This document shows, one piece after another, positions 1-15,289 of a stretch of DNA of 64,000 nt. How positions within the stretch are numbered: the stretch's first letter is position 1; every line of letters starts with the position of its first letter. The notes beneath the pieces are model-generated. The model was not told where the DNA came from, did not search any database, and saw only the letters and a list, made by a program, of their open reading frames with translations. Source of the stretch: Octopus sinensis. Its lineage: Eukaryota. A program made the translations under genes and the position numbers. The stretch covers positions 47,988,001 to 48,052,000 of the forward strand of contig NC_043014.1 of assembly GCF_006345805.1 (NCBI RefSeq). Reading direction: 5' to 3'.

Positions 1-562
1 CAAGGGGAACCCTTTGTGTCGGTGGGCCATTTGCTAAATATGGAAACCAAATTTCCCTAAATCACACCCTACCCTCTTAAATTCTTTCTACTATAGGCAC
101 AAGGCCTAAAATTTGGGGGGAGGGGCACTTGACAATTATATCTCACCCATTGCTCAACTGGTGCATTTTGTCCAGATTTCCAATAATTTTGTCAGCTCTC
201 TGTCTTCCAAACATCTTCAATCAGAAAATAGTTTCATATGTACAAACAAGATGAAATTTATTGAGACAGATTTTTCTGTAGTCAGATGCCCTTTCTGTCA
301 TCAAATCTCACTTATTTTCAAGCAAGGTAACATTACCACATGGCCAAACATATCCTTGCAGAATATTGGAAGTGAATGGCACTCCTTGAAAGACAGTCAT
401 TTTACAATTATCATGTGATGTCAAAACAAGGACACACATACGCTACAGACACAAACAATTATAATCGTTATCATGGTAAAATTTGTTATATGTCTTATAT
501 ATATATATATATATATACTTGACAATAATGTTATGGGGTTGACATATGCATGTGTGTATATT

Positions 563-609
<47 letters not shown>

Positions 610-2136
610 TGTGTTTGTGAATGTATGCATACAAGTGTGTGTATATTATACATGCATATTTACATACACACACAGGCATCTCTCTACCAAATCTGCTTCT
701 TTCTTTCAAATCCACTCACAGGGCTTCAGTCAGCCTAAGATAATAGAAGACACTTGCCTAAGGTACCACATAGTGGGACTGAACTCACTACCATGTGGTT
801 GGAATCAAACTTCTTAATCGCACAGCAATGCAGTGTGTGGGTACAAATATAAACATCAATATATAAATATAATAAATATAGGCATAATTATACAGATTCA
901 CACACATAATTATATGGGTGTTTGTGTGTGTGTATATATATATATATATATACACACACACATATATAGATGGGAAGGAGAAGGGAAGAACTGCAGTGGG
1001 GCCCCACTGTTAGAGAAACAACAATGTTGTGAAGAAACTGTCTCTAAGATGCATCAAATCTATGCAACACGTGATACCACGAATATTACCCCCATTGCTA
1101 CATCTACTATCACCATCATCATCACACACACACACAAAAAAACAAACTTTGTTTATTAATTCTACAAAAACTATAACATAACAGGATGTGTGCTTGTGTG
1201 TATGTATATTATATATATATATATGCGCGCAAGTGCACGCCTCGTGTGTTAATGTGTACATATATATATAAATATATATACATACACACACACACTTGTA
1301 TCCACCCACACACCCACACATACCACGTGTTTGTGTAGAAAATGGGATGGTAAAGCTAGGAGGCGATGATGAGAGCATCTAGGTGGTTGCTAATCGTACT
1401 AGAAATAGCAGCCAAATTTCCCTCAAATCACACCCTACTGTCTTAAAGAAATACATTTGAGAATGTGAAATGCAATACACATCACACACAGTGGAATAGA
1501 TGAATTGCGAAAATAAAGTATCGTAAAACAGTAGAAAAAAAATAAGGCCATGTTTTTGATACTGCCACACCTCCTGATGTAGACTGACCTCATAGTATCA
1601 CTACACACAAGAAATAACAACCAAATTTTCCAAGGCATAGCTGCGTGATAAGAAGTTTGCTTCCCAGCCACATGGTCCTGGGTTCAGTCCCACAGCATGA
1701 CACTTTGAGCAAGTGTCTACTATATACTTCTTTATTGCCCACAAGGGGCTAAACATAGAGGGGACAAACGGATTAAGTCAATTACATCGACCCCAGTGCG
1801 TAACTGGTACTTAATTTATCGACCCCAAAAGGATGAAAGGCAAAGTTGACCTCGGCAGAATTTGAACTCAGAACGTAACGGCTACGCATTTCGCCCGGTG
1901 TGCTAACGTTTCTGCCATCTCGCCACCTTATAGTGTCTACGATAGCCTCAGGACAACCAAAACCTTGTTAGTAGATTTAATAGACAGAAACTGAAAGAAG
2001 CCCATTGTATGTGTGTGTGTGTCTTTGTCCCCCACCACTGCTTGACAACTGGTGTTGGTGTGTTTATGTCACCATAACTCAGCAGTTTAGCAAGAGACCA
2101 ACAGATTAAATATCAATTTGAGTAAAAAAAATTCTA

Positions 2137-2535
2137 GGCGCAGGAGTGGCTGTGTGGTAAGTAGCTTGCTTACCAGCCACATGGTTCTGGGTTCAGTCCC
2201 ACTGCATGGCACCTTAGGCAAGTGTCTTCTACTATAGCCTCGGGCCAACCAAAGCCTTGTGAGTGAATTTGGTAGACGGAAACTGAAAGAAGCCCGTCGT
2301 GTATGTATATATATATATATATATGCGTGTGTGTTTGTGTTTGTCCCCCTAGCATTGCTTGACAACCGATGCTGGTGTGTTTATGTCCCCGTTACTTAGT
2401 GGTTAGGCAAAAAGAGACCGATAGAATAAGTACTGGGCTTACAAAAATAATAAGGCCCAGGGTCGAGTTGCTCGATTAAAGGTGGTGCTCCGGCATGGCC
2501 GCAGTCAAATGACTGAAACAAGTAAAAGAGTAAAA
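2137..2535 (+). mobile_element. tRNA-derived SINE family 1 (internal microsatellite, (AAAAGAGT)n tail), full-length copy
   Basis: A-box-like TGGCTGTGTGG, B-box-like GGTTCAGTCCC, ACCTTRGGCAAGT segment. Further full or partial copies near 690-840, 1636-2115, 9600-10200, 11450-11650, 14640-14985, 24120-24315, 28297-28500, 40325-40925, 50340-50700 and 58100-58220. Confidence 0.9.
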
Positions 2536-3308
2536 GGCGGTGCCCCAGCACGGCCACAGTCTGATGACTGAAGCATGTAAAAGATAAATCTTTCAATCAT
2601 GGTTTGCTGGATCAGGCCTGACCTGGGGCTAAACAGCAATAGCTATAACAACAGTACACACCACAGATATAAATGGGTCTTGAGATTGTCCACGTTGCTG
2701 ACAAGGAATAGGGGGAGAAGATGACATGTGAACCCTAACACTCAGTGTTCGGTGGTAAGATGAAAATATTACACCACCACCACCACCACCACCACCTTAC
2801 CCAATAACAAGAGTGAATCACATGAAACAAACAACATCAAAAAGTGTTGTTGGTGGTGGTGATGATGATGATGAAGGGAGGTTCTCTAAGAAACCTTATC
2901 CCTCCTTCCTTTCCTCCTCACATTGCAAACCTCTGTACCCACCCACCCCTCAGGAAATACACTGAAAGGGGTGGCGGGGGGGGGAAACTAGGGCTGTGTG
3001 TGTGTGTATATATGCAATGTGTACACACACTGCGAAGCATGTGGGTGGGGATTATGTAATTTACATGTCACTTGGTGATGATGATTGTTGTTGTTGTTGT
3101 TAGTGTTGATGTTGTTAAGGAGTTGTGTAGTAGACGTCATGGTATCATTTAATGAACAAGAGACGGTTTATGACACAAAGGTTGTGGGGCTGGTCGTGGG
3201 GTACAGATGCACTAATCACAGCCTTTGTGTGTGTGTATGTATGTATATATATATATATACACACACACACTACACAGATGTACATGTGCGTCTTTAGCTC
3301 TGCAATCC

Positions 3309-3347
<39 letters not shown>

Positions 3348-3490
3348 ATATATGTGTGTGTGTGTGTGGTGTGTGTATGTGTATATATATATGTGTGTGT
3401 GTATATATATATATATGTGTGTATATATATATGTGTGTGTGTGTATATATATATATGTGTGTGTGTGTATGTGTATATATATATGTGTGT

Positions 3491-3578
<88 letters not shown>

Positions 3579-4185
3579 ATGCCAAAGAACAAAGGAAGAT
3601 GACATTAAATATTTAAATTACAAAACTTTTTGTTAAGAAAAAAAGGTTTCACAGCACCGCAACTATCACATTACACCTCTAGACCACCACCACACATCAT
3701 TACACTATACAACCACAACTGCATCACACTACCATTATACCACTACGCCCCACACCATCACCATCTTGTATTTTCACCTCCAAGTAAACCGCCCCTTCCA
3801 GCCACCCTTACCGTTTCTTTTTTTTCTAATTTCAATGTAATATTTACTAATGGATCAAAATGAAGATTAAAGAGGGTAAGGTGGTGGTGGTGGTTGGTTG
3901 GTTGGTTGGTTTGGTGTTGGTGATGTGTTGTTGGAAAGGGGGGTGGTTGTGTTGATGGCTGTGGTGATGTGGTTGTTGTTGTTGGTGGTGGTGGTGGTAA
4001 TGATGGTTGTGGCGATGATTTGCTGATTGCGATGATGGTGGTGGTGAGGAGAACATCAGCAGGAGCGGCTTGAAACAAACAAGAGAACAAGATTACATGG
4101 AAGAAATCAAAACAAACAAAATGGCTGCCAGCGATTAACGGTAGAGGTGAGAGAGAGAGAGAGAGAAAGAGAGTGAGGTGTGAGC

Positions 4186-4222
<37 letters not shown>

Positions 4223-4602
4223 AGGGAGACGATTAGGTTTTAAGAAGATAGAGAAATCTTTCAGCAATGGGGAAATATCGTGATAATGATGATGATGATG
4301 ATGATAGCTGTGGTGGCAGAAGTGGGAGAGAGAGAGGATCTTGGAGGAGAAAGGAGAAATTATACACACTCCCTGTATGTTGTAGAAGATAGAGAGAGAG
4401 AGAGAGAGTGTGTGTGTGTGTGTATTGCACAGAGAGAGAGAGAGAGAGTAAGATGTAACAAATCTGTAAAGCGAAAACAAAGAGAAGTGAAGAATAAAGA
4501 GGCAGAGAGGAAGGGAGGTGGTAGTTCTTTAAGAACGTCAAAAGGAAAACAAAGGAAATATTAAAGAGGTGTGATGATGGCTTGTCGAAGGAAATGCCAG
4601 TC

Positions 4603-4663
<61 letters not shown>

Positions 4664-5235
4664 TACATATATTACATATATGTGTGTGTGTAATTTTGGT
4701 GGTTGCAAAGAGAGTTAAGCAGCTGTGATTTTTAAAAGGCACATGCACAAAGATTACAGCTGGCTGACCACACATACATTATATATTCATACACACACAC
4801 ACACACAAATATATGTATATGTGTATACAACGATGTATGGGGGGGGAGATATATGTACAAGCTTATAGATTAATCCAGGTTTATGAAATGTGTATGAGAG
4901 ATAAGTACATTTGACAGGAAGACCACTGCATACACACTTATTTCTAGATGTATAGATCAAAATACAAGATTAAACCAATATATTATACATACTACCAATT
5001 GTACGTTATACCTATATACACTAAGTTTCCCTAATCATAATATAAGCATATTAAAGTGTGTATACACCCACACAACTTGAGAGTATATTTGTGTATATAC
5101 ACAATTTTAAATTATACCCACAATACACACATCCAACTTAATATATAAACACCCTGATGCAAATATATATATATATATATAATGCGCACATATATACACA
5201 CACATTCATATACATATCTTTGTATATATACATCA

Positions 5236-5275
<40 letters not shown>

Positions 5276-5618
5276 GCACGTACTCCTAATTTATACGTGC
5301 ATATCAGACATTTACATCTTTATATATAAACACCAAATCTTGAAATATATACACGATACACATCATATATACACAGACATCTTTGTGTACACACACATTT
5401 ATATACATATATTACACACATACATCTTGATATATAAGGATTAGAGAGGAAATTAATTAAGACGAGATGGAGACCACATTACACAGCTCAAAGCAAACCC
5501 GTGTACAACATAGAGTAATATTTAATAGGGAAATATATGTAGAATGTTTGGTAGGTGTATATACATCATATATATATATATATATATAAATATTGCTGTA
5601 TATATTATGTATACTTAC

Positions 5619-6148
5619 TTATCTTCGAATGACCGCTTCCACCAGTCTGAGGCATCACTTTTGGTGATGCGGAAATTGTCTCCAGCGAAACTGCCGTTTG
5701 GATAAATGGCCTTTAACTCTGCCAGCATGTGAGAGAAGACCAGAGACAGTTTGGTAAGGTTTCGCCTGTAGTACGACTGCTCGTCGAACATTTTCTCTTT
5801 ACCATCTTTAAATAGGTTGATGGTAGCCTTACATTTGTTCATTAGGTTCTCGATGAAGATGCGGAAATATTCGCACTCGTTCAGTGTGTGTAGTTTATCG
5901 TCGTACTTGGAACAGACCAGCTTCAGATGTTGATAAGTGTCCGGTAAAATGTCTAGTATAAATGGTGGGCTATTGCGTAGGTTCATGCGAGGCTGCTGGC
6001 ACTGTTTTACCACTTTATCCATCAGTTTCCATGATTTCTCGATGGTTTTCTTATCGACAACCAGTTTAGGGGGTCCAAGAGCACCTTGGATGCGGTTAAT
6101 AAAGCCGCTGAAGTTGTGCGTGTTCCAAGCCTTCGACGGCAGCGCCAT
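5619..6148 (-). CDS. Cbl: E3 ubiquitin ligase Cbl, first coding exon (four-helix bundle of the TKB domain); gene continues beyond the left end of the window
   Basis: Translation contains [40 protein letters not shown]...[25 protein letters not shown]...[12 protein letters not shown], the Cbl N-terminal signature. ATG in aaaATGG context; exon ends at a phase-2 GTAAGT donor (acttac 5613-5618). Confidence 0.96.
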
Positions 6149-7379
6149 TTTGATTATCTTCCTGTTATTTTTTTTTTGTTTTTTGTTTTTTTTGTTTTTT
6201 TATTTGTTGTTGTTGGTTTCGGGCTACCTCGTTCCTACAGAGCCGGCACCGTTTCCCAGCTTCCCCCGCACGAGAGAGACACACACTCACACTCGTACTT
6301 CTACTGCGATGACTTAATATCGCTAGAAAAAGTGGAGAGAGAGCCTAAAGCCACTCGACATACACACAATCTATTATTACTCTCTCACTCTCTCACACAC
6401 AAACACACACTCTATTATTCTCTCTCTCAATCTATCTCTTACACAGTCTATACTACACGCTCACTCACTCACTATTACACTATCATTTTATCACTTTCGC
6501 ATACACTCTACATATACTCTTTCTCTATCACACACAAAAGGCTATATTATATACTCTCTATCTCACTCTATTATACTCTCACTGTATCTCTTTCTCATGC
6601 ACTCTCCCTATCTCTCATACTCACACACAGACTCTTTATTATACTCACACTCTCACACACACCCTCGCTCTCTCTCTCTCTCACACACACACACACTCAC
6701 GGACTATATTATACTCATACTACACAGTACACGCACACACACACCTATATATACATAGCCCGATCTATATACACATACATACATACAGTTTACAGTAAAT
6801 ACAAGTGCAGAGAAACTATAGAGACTGCATGCCAGCACACACACACATATACACTCACTCTCACACACAATCTAGTTAATATTTAAACGCCAGACACACG
6901 GATATATATACATACATAATACATAAACTACACACGCCCAACAGACGTATATATACATACACAAATATACACCCACACACTCACCAACACATTATAGCGA
7001 CATGTTGCTTATTATAAAGTACTTAGCCTTGATTCCAAATGCTGCTCCGACCAAATATTAAAACTGGGTTTCTTTTATGCCATTTACGTGTCCAAAATTT
7101 GGCAGGAATATTAGTTTTTTACTCCGTTCGTTTGTCTGTTTTGGACCGTTTCAAGCCAATATATCGTTGTTGGCCATTTTTGTAATTCAACTACACCGAG
7201 TGTGTGTGTGAATGTATGGTGCGCTGAGAGGAATCATAAGAGGGGAAACGAGCAGGAAAGCCAGTATTCTTACTACAACTCGGCACCTCTCTCTCTTGGC
7301 TTCACCAAACCACTCCTGTTCTCTCCGTTTTATCTAACAAATAACCAACTCGCGCCTCACTCTGTTCTTCCTCTTTCCC

Positions 7380-8535
7380 TCTCTCTCTCTCTTTCTCTTC
7401 CCATTTATCTTTTACTCTCTTTGCCATTCACCAGTTCACAAACTCTCTCTCTCTCTCATTCTCTTCCCGGTTCTCTTTTACTCTCTTTGTCATTCATCAA
7501 ATCACTCTCTCCTACGCCCTCTTTCTTTCTCTCTCTCTTTCTCTTCCCGTTCTCTTTTACTCTCTTTGTCAGTCATCAAATCACTCTCTCCTATGCCCTC
7601 TTTCTTTCTCTCTCTCTTTCTCTTCCCGGTTCTCTTTTACTCTCTTTGTCATTCATCAAATCACTCTCTCTCTCTCTCATTCTCTTCCCATTTCTCTTTT
7701 ACTCTCTTTGTCATTCATCAAATCACTCTCTCCTACGCCCTCATTCTTTCTCTCTCCCTCTCTGCATTCACCTAGTCACTCTCTCCCTCCTACTCTCATT
7801 CTGCAAACAACTCACTTCCTTCGCACTATTTTATCTATTCTCCCTCTCTCACTCTTCCTTTTCCTTTTCTTTCACTGTACACATTTCCTCTCTCTCTCTC
7901 TCTCTCCATTTATCGTTTCTCTTTCTCTTCCTCTCTCACCCTCACTTCTTCCTTTAACACTTGCTCTCACTAATTTCCTCACCTTTTCTTCCTCACTCTC
8001 TTCTCATCTAATACTTTCACTCACTTTCTTCCCTCTCAATGCCTTCATCACTATTCTCTCTGTTCCTATAACTCACGCTATTTTATTCTCTTTTTCTCCC
8101 TTCCTCTGCATCATCCCCTTCTCTCCATCCTCAATGTATTTCACATCCCTTCTTCCTATAAACTGGAGTTTTAGGCTGTTTGGCTGCTACACATCTTCTG
8201 GCCATCTTTTCACTTTTTCAAACACGTTTCTTCACTGACCACCGACCACTTTGGCAGTTTCCCTAATTTCTCTCTTTCTCTCTCTCTCGCTCTAGCTTTC
8301 TCTCTTTCACTATGTTTTCTCCTAGTCTTTATCTGCCTCTTCCTCTCTCTTTCTCCCCCCTCTCTCTCTCTCTCTAGCTTTCTCTCTTTCACTATGTCTT
8401 CTAGTCTTTATCTGCCTCTTCCTCTCTCTTTCTCCCCCCTCTCTCTCTCTCTAGCTTTCTCTCTTTCACTATGTCTTCTAGTCTTTATCTGCCTCTTCCT
8501 CTCTCTTTCTCCCCCCTCTCTCTCTCTTTCTTTCT
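7380..8535. repeat. CT-rich minisatellites upstream of Cbl (about 60-75-bp unit at 7380-7760; about 78-bp unit x3 at 8290-8535)
   Basis: Recurring tactctctttgtcattcatcaaatcactctctc and ctagctttctctctttcactatg units. Confidence 0.8.
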
Positions 8536-9128
8536 TTCTTTCTTCTCTCAGCGCTCTCATAACTCTCCCTCAATCTACATCTTTATCCATTATTCTTGCC
8601 TGAGAGAAAGTTTTAAATCTTCATCGCCAATATTCTTCAATTCCTCGACATGTGACCTTTCTGGTTTCTTGCTTCCATCTTCTGTTGGTGCCTCGTTCTT
8701 CTCGCGTATCCGATCCAGTCGACATCTGATCTCAGAGCCGTCCCAGCATTTGACCACCTGGTCTTTCATATAGTCACACTGTATCTGCAGAAGAATTATG
8801 TAATACACATTTTCTTTACATGGTAGGGAACTATATTTAAACGAGATTTTACTGCAAGTGTCCATCTACAGGTTTCCTCTTCTCCGTATAGTAAAAAAGA
8901 ACGTTAGAAACGGTAAAAATGGTGGGGAACCAACATGGAAGTTTTGTCCCGCTGCTCTCAGACTCGGAATATCGGCATCTTTCGAATGTTGCATTTACAT
9001 GTACAATAATGAAAAGATCGTTTAAATGTCTGACTTTGGCACATATCCGCTAAGGTGGGGCTGCGATATAATCGAATGAAGTGAACCTAATACAGCACTG
9101 GCATGGACATACCTACTTAATTGTGTCC

Positions 9129-9516
9129 CTCCCCCATCGACTTTGTTTCCTCATAACTTTAAGAAAAATACGCATTGTTTAATGAAATTTTCGACAAATA
9201 CTTGTCAGATGATGTAGATTCCGATTATATCGGAATTTAATGTGAAGAAATAAAGACTGGTCGATGCGCTCACATATGTACTCAGACATCGCATAATATA
9301 CCTTCAAAATTTTGTTTCATTTTGTAGATATATATGTCATGTGTCAATATATATATGTATGCGTGCCTATCAATGTTGTTGTTGGCTTTTTTTTTTTTTT
9401 GCATTAAATTCTCATATAATTGTAATCTACACAATCTGAACAGTATGTGTAGAAAAATTCATTTACATATACACATTTTTCTGAAAGTTATGAGGAAACA
9501 AAGTCGGTGGGGGAAG
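9129..9516. mobile_element. MITE-like element with about 120-bp imperfect terminal inverted repeats
   Basis: ccccatcgactttgtttcctcataacttt...aaagttatgaggaaacaaagtcggtgggg, with pairing continuing inward. Confidence 0.7.
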
Positions 9517-9835
9517 TACTTGTGAAGGTATGCCAATGTATGGACCCTCAGCCCACGAGAGATAACCGATAGAGATTCGAACAACAGCGAAATCTGAATT
9601 CAGTATCTTTTATGTTTTTACTTGTTTCAGCCATGCTGGGGCACCACTTGGAGGAAGAATTTTTAATCGAATAAATCGACTCCAGTAATTATTTTAATAC
9701 CTGGAACCTATTCTATTGGTCTCTTTTACCGAACCGCCAAGTAGCGGGTCGTAAACACACCAACACCGGTTTCAAGCGGTCGTAGGGGACAAGGACACAC
9801 ACACATATATACATATATCGGCTTTAATAAACAGT

Positions 9836-9924
<89 letters not shown>

Positions 9925-9973
9925 CAGACAGATAGATAGATAGACAGATAGATAGATAGACAGATAGATAGAC

Positions 9974-10034
<61 letters not shown>
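9836..10034. repeat. (GATA)n microsatellite (a similar tract on the other strand at 13745-14165)
   Basis: Direct reading; one of many simple repeats in the window. Confidence 0.95.
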
Positions 10035-11676
10035 CACGACAGGCTTCTTTCAGTTTCCGTCTGCCAAATTCACTTACAAGGCTTTGGTCGGCCCGAGGCT
10101 GTAACACAAGACACTTGCCGAAAATGTCACTCAATGGGACACCAGAACCCGGTACCATGTAGTCGGGAAGCAAGCTTCTTACCACACAGCCGCGCCTACT
10201 GCACCTACTAGGTGCAGGCGTATGTCTTGTATGTCAACATATGAGATCAAATACTATGAGACATTTGTAGTCTGCTGAGCTTACTCTTTTTGTTCTCTCA
10301 TCTTCTTTCTACCCCCATCTTCCGATTTCTTTATTTCGGTCAATAAAACATTTGTTAAGGTCGCTCGTTCTGCTAGAAAAAAAACCTCTAAAGTGTCTTT
10401 AATAAGGAAGGACACATTGGACAACATAATCCTAGATATATTGAACACGAGATAATCCGACTAGAATAGCTTTGATAATATGACTGGTTGGTCTCTATAA
10501 TGAGCTGTCCTAGGGCGAAACAGCATCAACGATTTTATTTTCATCTGTCTTAGAAACTGTAGGTTTTTTCAAATTCAATCTCAAATGTTGTTAAAGGCAG
10601 TCCTGGTTGAGCTGATCTATGACCAAACGCATTCCAGCCATGACCATCCCATATTTGAGCATATCTAGGACAAGTGTATGTCTGTCTAGACTGGAAGTGA
10701 ACTGTGTCTCAGCTGTTTATTGGAGTGTGTGTGTGTGTGGCACACAGTGTGTCTGTGTATCTCCATAATGGAGTGTGTATGTGTGCGGTGTGCGTGTGTG
10801 TCTATGCTGTGTATGTGTAGACATTTTGGAACCAAAGCACACACACACACATACCCCAACACCCCGCCACTCCACCGGCACCTGTTTCTGAAGTCCTAAT
10901 TGCAATAAAGCGAGAGTGCCATGGATGCTGAGTCTGACGTGACCGGGGACGACAGAAAGTGTGTGGTTGGGGGTGGGCAGGGGAGAGAACCGAAAGAGAG
11001 GAGAAGGTTTGGAAGGGAAGGGAAGGGAAAAGGAGAGGGGGAAATAAAAGGAAAGTTGAGGAGAGGAAGAAATAAAGAAGTTGCACAACAGAAAACGAGA
11101 AAGAAAGAAAGAAAGAAAGCTAAATAGAAGGAAAGAAGGTGGATAAGGAAAAGAGAAAGAGAGAGAGAGAGAAGCGATGAAAGAAGTTGGTTTTTAGTGT
11201 TGATGGTTTAGAAGGAATAAATTGGGTGAGTGACTCTTTAAGAATTCCCCCCTCGTGGGGTGGCTGGTAGAAAATTGATAGCAAACTGTTTGGGTGCTTG
11301 GCTGTCTGCGTGAGTATATATATCAGTTCATTTATTTGTTTATAAAGTTAGTGGGTGGATACACGAACACACACACACACACACATATACACACATACAT
11401 ACATACACACACACGCATACACATACATACATATATAGATGTGGTTGTCTGTGTTTTTCCCCACCACCACCATCATCGTCGCTTGACGACCGATGCTGGT
11501 GTGTTTACGTCCCCGTAACTTAGCGGTTCGGTACAAGGGACTGATAGAATAAGTACTAGGCTTACAAAGAATAAGTCCTGGGGTCGATTTGTTCGACTAA
11601 AGGCGGTGCTCCAGCATGGCCACAGTCAGATGAATGAAACAAATAAAAGAGTAATATATATGTATATGTGTGTGTG

Positions 11677-11710
<34 letters not shown>

Positions 11711-12249
11711 TGTATGTATGTATGTATGTATATATATATATATATATGTATACATATATATGTATATGTATGTATGTATATAAATATACATCTATATATG
11801 AGGAAGATACCTATGGCTCTGGATGATTGTATGTGTGTGTGTGTGTGTGTTTTAGTGGCAATGGTTGTGGTGGGCGCATTGTAGTAAGACCAACCACTCC
11901 TCCTCATAAACGTTGAACCCATTATTGTTGTTCCTTTTACTCTGTCTGTCTTTTGCTTTGATCCACCCACGAAAAGAGAGAAGGAAAAAAACACAAAGAG
12001 AGAGAGAGAGAGAGAGAGAAAGAAAGTGAGACAGAGAGAGGAAAAGAGGGTGTAGATGGAGCCAGCATTTGAGGTGTTGATACGATGAGTGGTTGAACAG
12101 TTGATAGTTGTTGTGTAGGTGGACACAGTGTGTGTCTGTCACCACATGTATTCAATCGTGTGTACGCATGTGTGCGTGTCTGTAGCAACATGTATTCGTC
12201 CATGTGTGTTTGTATCAGGTGTCCCAACACAATCACAGTCCACAAGAGT

Positions 12250-12414
12250 GGCGCAGGAGTGGCTGTGTGGTAAGTAGCTTGCTAACCAACCACATGGTTC
12301 CGGGTTCAGTCCCACTGCCTGGCATCTTGGGCAAGTGTCTTCTTCTATAGCCCCAGGCCGACCAATGCCTTGTGAGTGGACTTGGTAGATGGAAACTGAA
12401 AGAAGCCTGTCGTA

Positions 12415-12461
<47 letters not shown>

Positions 12462-12700
12462 TATATATATGTATGTGTGTGTATGTGTTTGTGTGTCTGT
12501 GTTTGTCTCCCTAGCATTGCTTGACAACCGATGCTGGTGTGTTTACGTCCCCGTAACTTAGCGGTTCGGCAAAAGAGACCGATAGAATAAGTACTGGGTT
12601 TACAAATAATAAGTCCCAGGGTTGATTTGCTCGACTAAAGGCGGTGCTCCAGCATGGCCGCAGTCAAATGACTGAAACCAGTAAAAGAGTAAAGAGAGTA
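12250..12700 (+). mobile_element. SINE family 1, full-length
   Basis: Colinear with 2137-2535. Confidence 0.9.
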
Positions 12701-12954
12701 AGACAATATAGGAAGAATATGTTGATGTATACTCGTGTGGTCTTTGCATAATTCTTGATGCAAAATCAAGTGTTGAAACAGATATTGTTATATTTGGATG
12801 AGGGTCAGTTTGCCAATAAACTCACACACTATTTATTTGATCTTCACTTTAGACTAGGGAGAAGAGGAGAGAGGAAAAACAGTCATTGAAAGAGGTGACA
12901 AAAAAATCTGACAAATAAACTGCTAATAATAAATATAAAATTGGAACATTATAT

Positions 12955-13350
12955 TACTCTTTTACTCTTTTACTCTTTTACTTGTTTCAGTCATTTGACT
13001 GTGGCCATGCTGGAGCACCGCCTTTAATCGAGCAACTCGAACCTGGGACTTATTCTTTTGTAAGCCTAGTACTTATTCTATCGATCTCTTTTGCCGAACC
13101 GCTAAGCAACGGGGACATAAATACACCAGCATCGGTTGTCAAGCAATGCTAGGGGGACAAACACACATATATATATATACATATATACAACAGGCTTCTT
13201 TCAGTTTCCGTCTACCAAATCCACTCACAAGGCTTTGGTCGGCCCGAGGCTATAGTACAAGACACTTGCCCAAGGTGTCACGCAGTGGGACTGAACCCGG
13301 AACCATGTGGTTGGTAAACAAGCTACTTACCACACAGCCACTCCTACGCC
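12955..13350 (-). mobile_element. SINE family 1, full-length, inverted relative to 12250-12700
   Basis: Reverse complement of the family consensus. Confidence 0.9.
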
Positions 13351-13753
13351 TATTATATTATTCAAAATGTATAGTATTAAATATCCATTACAGCTTATCT
13401 TACTAATTGATTTCATGTAAAGAATACAATGGAGTGTTAGGTAACAAACCGATTATACAACTTTACACTCATCAGAGTAATCAGATATGGAGGGGAATAT
13501 GGTGACTGCTCTCAATTGTTGAAGGTGGATTAGTACAACTGGTCAGTGGCTGCTGTGAAAATTCTGTTGTATTGTGCAGAACTTCTTGGTCCTCTGTCAT
13601 CTCCTTTGTAAGGTTCAGCATTTTGAGACTGGTCTTCAATACTTTGTCTCATATCTTCCTTGGTCTTTTTCTTTCACAACTTTGAGTGATTGGCACTTCT
13701 TTATACAACTGTCTTCATTGATCAGAAACATCCCTCCATACATATCTATCTAC

Positions 13754-13829
<76 letters not shown>

Positions 13830-13836
13830 TTATCTT

Positions 13837-13885
<49 letters not shown>

Positions 13886-14993
13886 TTATCTATCTACCTA
13901 TCTATCTATCTATCTATCTACCTATATCTATCTATCTTTCTTTCTATCTATCTACCTATATCTATCTATCTATCTTTCTATCTATCTATCTATATATATA
14001 TATATATATATCTACCTATCTATCTATCTATATATATTTACCTATCTATATATATCTACCTATCTATCTATCTATCTAATATATCTATCTATCTAATCTA
14101 TCTATCTATCTATCTATCTATCTATATATATATATATATTATATATCGATCCATCCATCCATCTATCAAGTACAAGACTTACAAGAATGAGTCCTGGGAT
14201 CAATTTCTTTGACTAAAACGGTGGTGCTTCAGCATAGCCACAGTCAAAGGACTGAATGAAACAAGTGAAAGAATAAAAGAATGTGTGTGAGTGTGTGTAA
14301 GTGGTTGTGTTTGTGTGTGTGCATGTCTGTGTGTGTATACGAGCGGTACAGAAAAGTTCCTGAATACAAGAGGAGCAGTTAACTATGATTTTATTCAACT
14401 CTCAGATTCGCACACTTATGCAAACCACAGAACATACTTTAATCAATGAAACATATTTATATATATCTTAGCTTAGATTTTCTTGGGGCAGGCAAGAGTG
14501 GAGCAGCCTTGAGTGTAACCAGCTGAAACTATAAAGATGATCTGGAACTCAACTGAGGATAGGAAATTCCAAATGACCTATCCTTGTTTTTCCTGTCCTT
14601 TTTTGTATTGTCTAACTGTCCAGATGTTTTGTTGTTGTCTGGTAAGTAGTTTGCTTACCAACCACATGGTTCCAGGTTCAGTCCCACTGCGTGGCACCTT
14701 GGGCAAGTGTCTTCTACTATAGCCTCGGACCGACCAAAGCCTTGTGAGTGGATTTGGATGATGGAAACTGAAAGAAGCCTGTCATATATATGTATATAAA
14801 TATATAGATATATGTATGTGTGTATGTATGTGTGTCTGTGTTTGTCCCCCCAGCATCACTTGACAACCGATGCTGGGGTGTTTACGTCACCGTAACTTAG
14901 CAGTTCGGCAAAAGAGACTGATAGAATAAGTACAAGGCTTACAAAGAATAAGTCCTGGGATTGATTTGCTCAACTAAAGGCAGTGTTCCACAG

Positions 14994-15286
14994 TCTTCTC
15001 TCTTGCACACTGCACCTAATTCCTCTTATGCCCAACTTCTCTCTCAATACACCAGCACCCTGTCAAACACATACACTTATATTACACATCCAGCAAAGCA
15101 TACTGGCCTCATTCCTTTCTAGCCTTTGCATGTCCACTGCATTTAGTCCCCATGTCTCACTGCTATGTAGAATTGCTGTTCATATACACACATTATACAA
15201 TCTTCCTTTTGCTCAGAGAGAGAAACCTTTGGTTGCCAACAGAGATAAAAGCTCTCCAAATTTTCTCCATCCTATTCTTATTCTAG
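14994..15286 (-). mobile_element. Decayed RTE LINE ORF fragment
   Basis: Translates to GWRKFGELLSLL...KGRLYN...ILHSSETWGL...LERNEASMLCWMC...LREKLGIRGI, with stops. Confidence 0.8.
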
Positions 15287-15289
15287 ACG

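Noticed and set aside
1-5618. Further Cbl exons (EF-hand/SH2 region)
   Set aside because: No matching translation found; the region is intronic and the next exon lies outside the window.
8590-8865. 91-aa ORF upstream of Cbl
   Set aside because: No recognisable gene; at most a faint resemblance to a LINE RT-proximal segment.
12700-12790. acaata...gaaga...hairpin...gaaacag...tattgt, a hammerhead-like layout
   Set aside because: Core too degenerate (no CUGA, no U16.1) to support from one copy.
14515-14640. Repeat with CTGAGGA/CTGAAGA (second copy 47555-47715) as another hammerhead family
   Set aside because: GAA is followed by T rather than A, and stems I/III could not be paired consistently in both copies.
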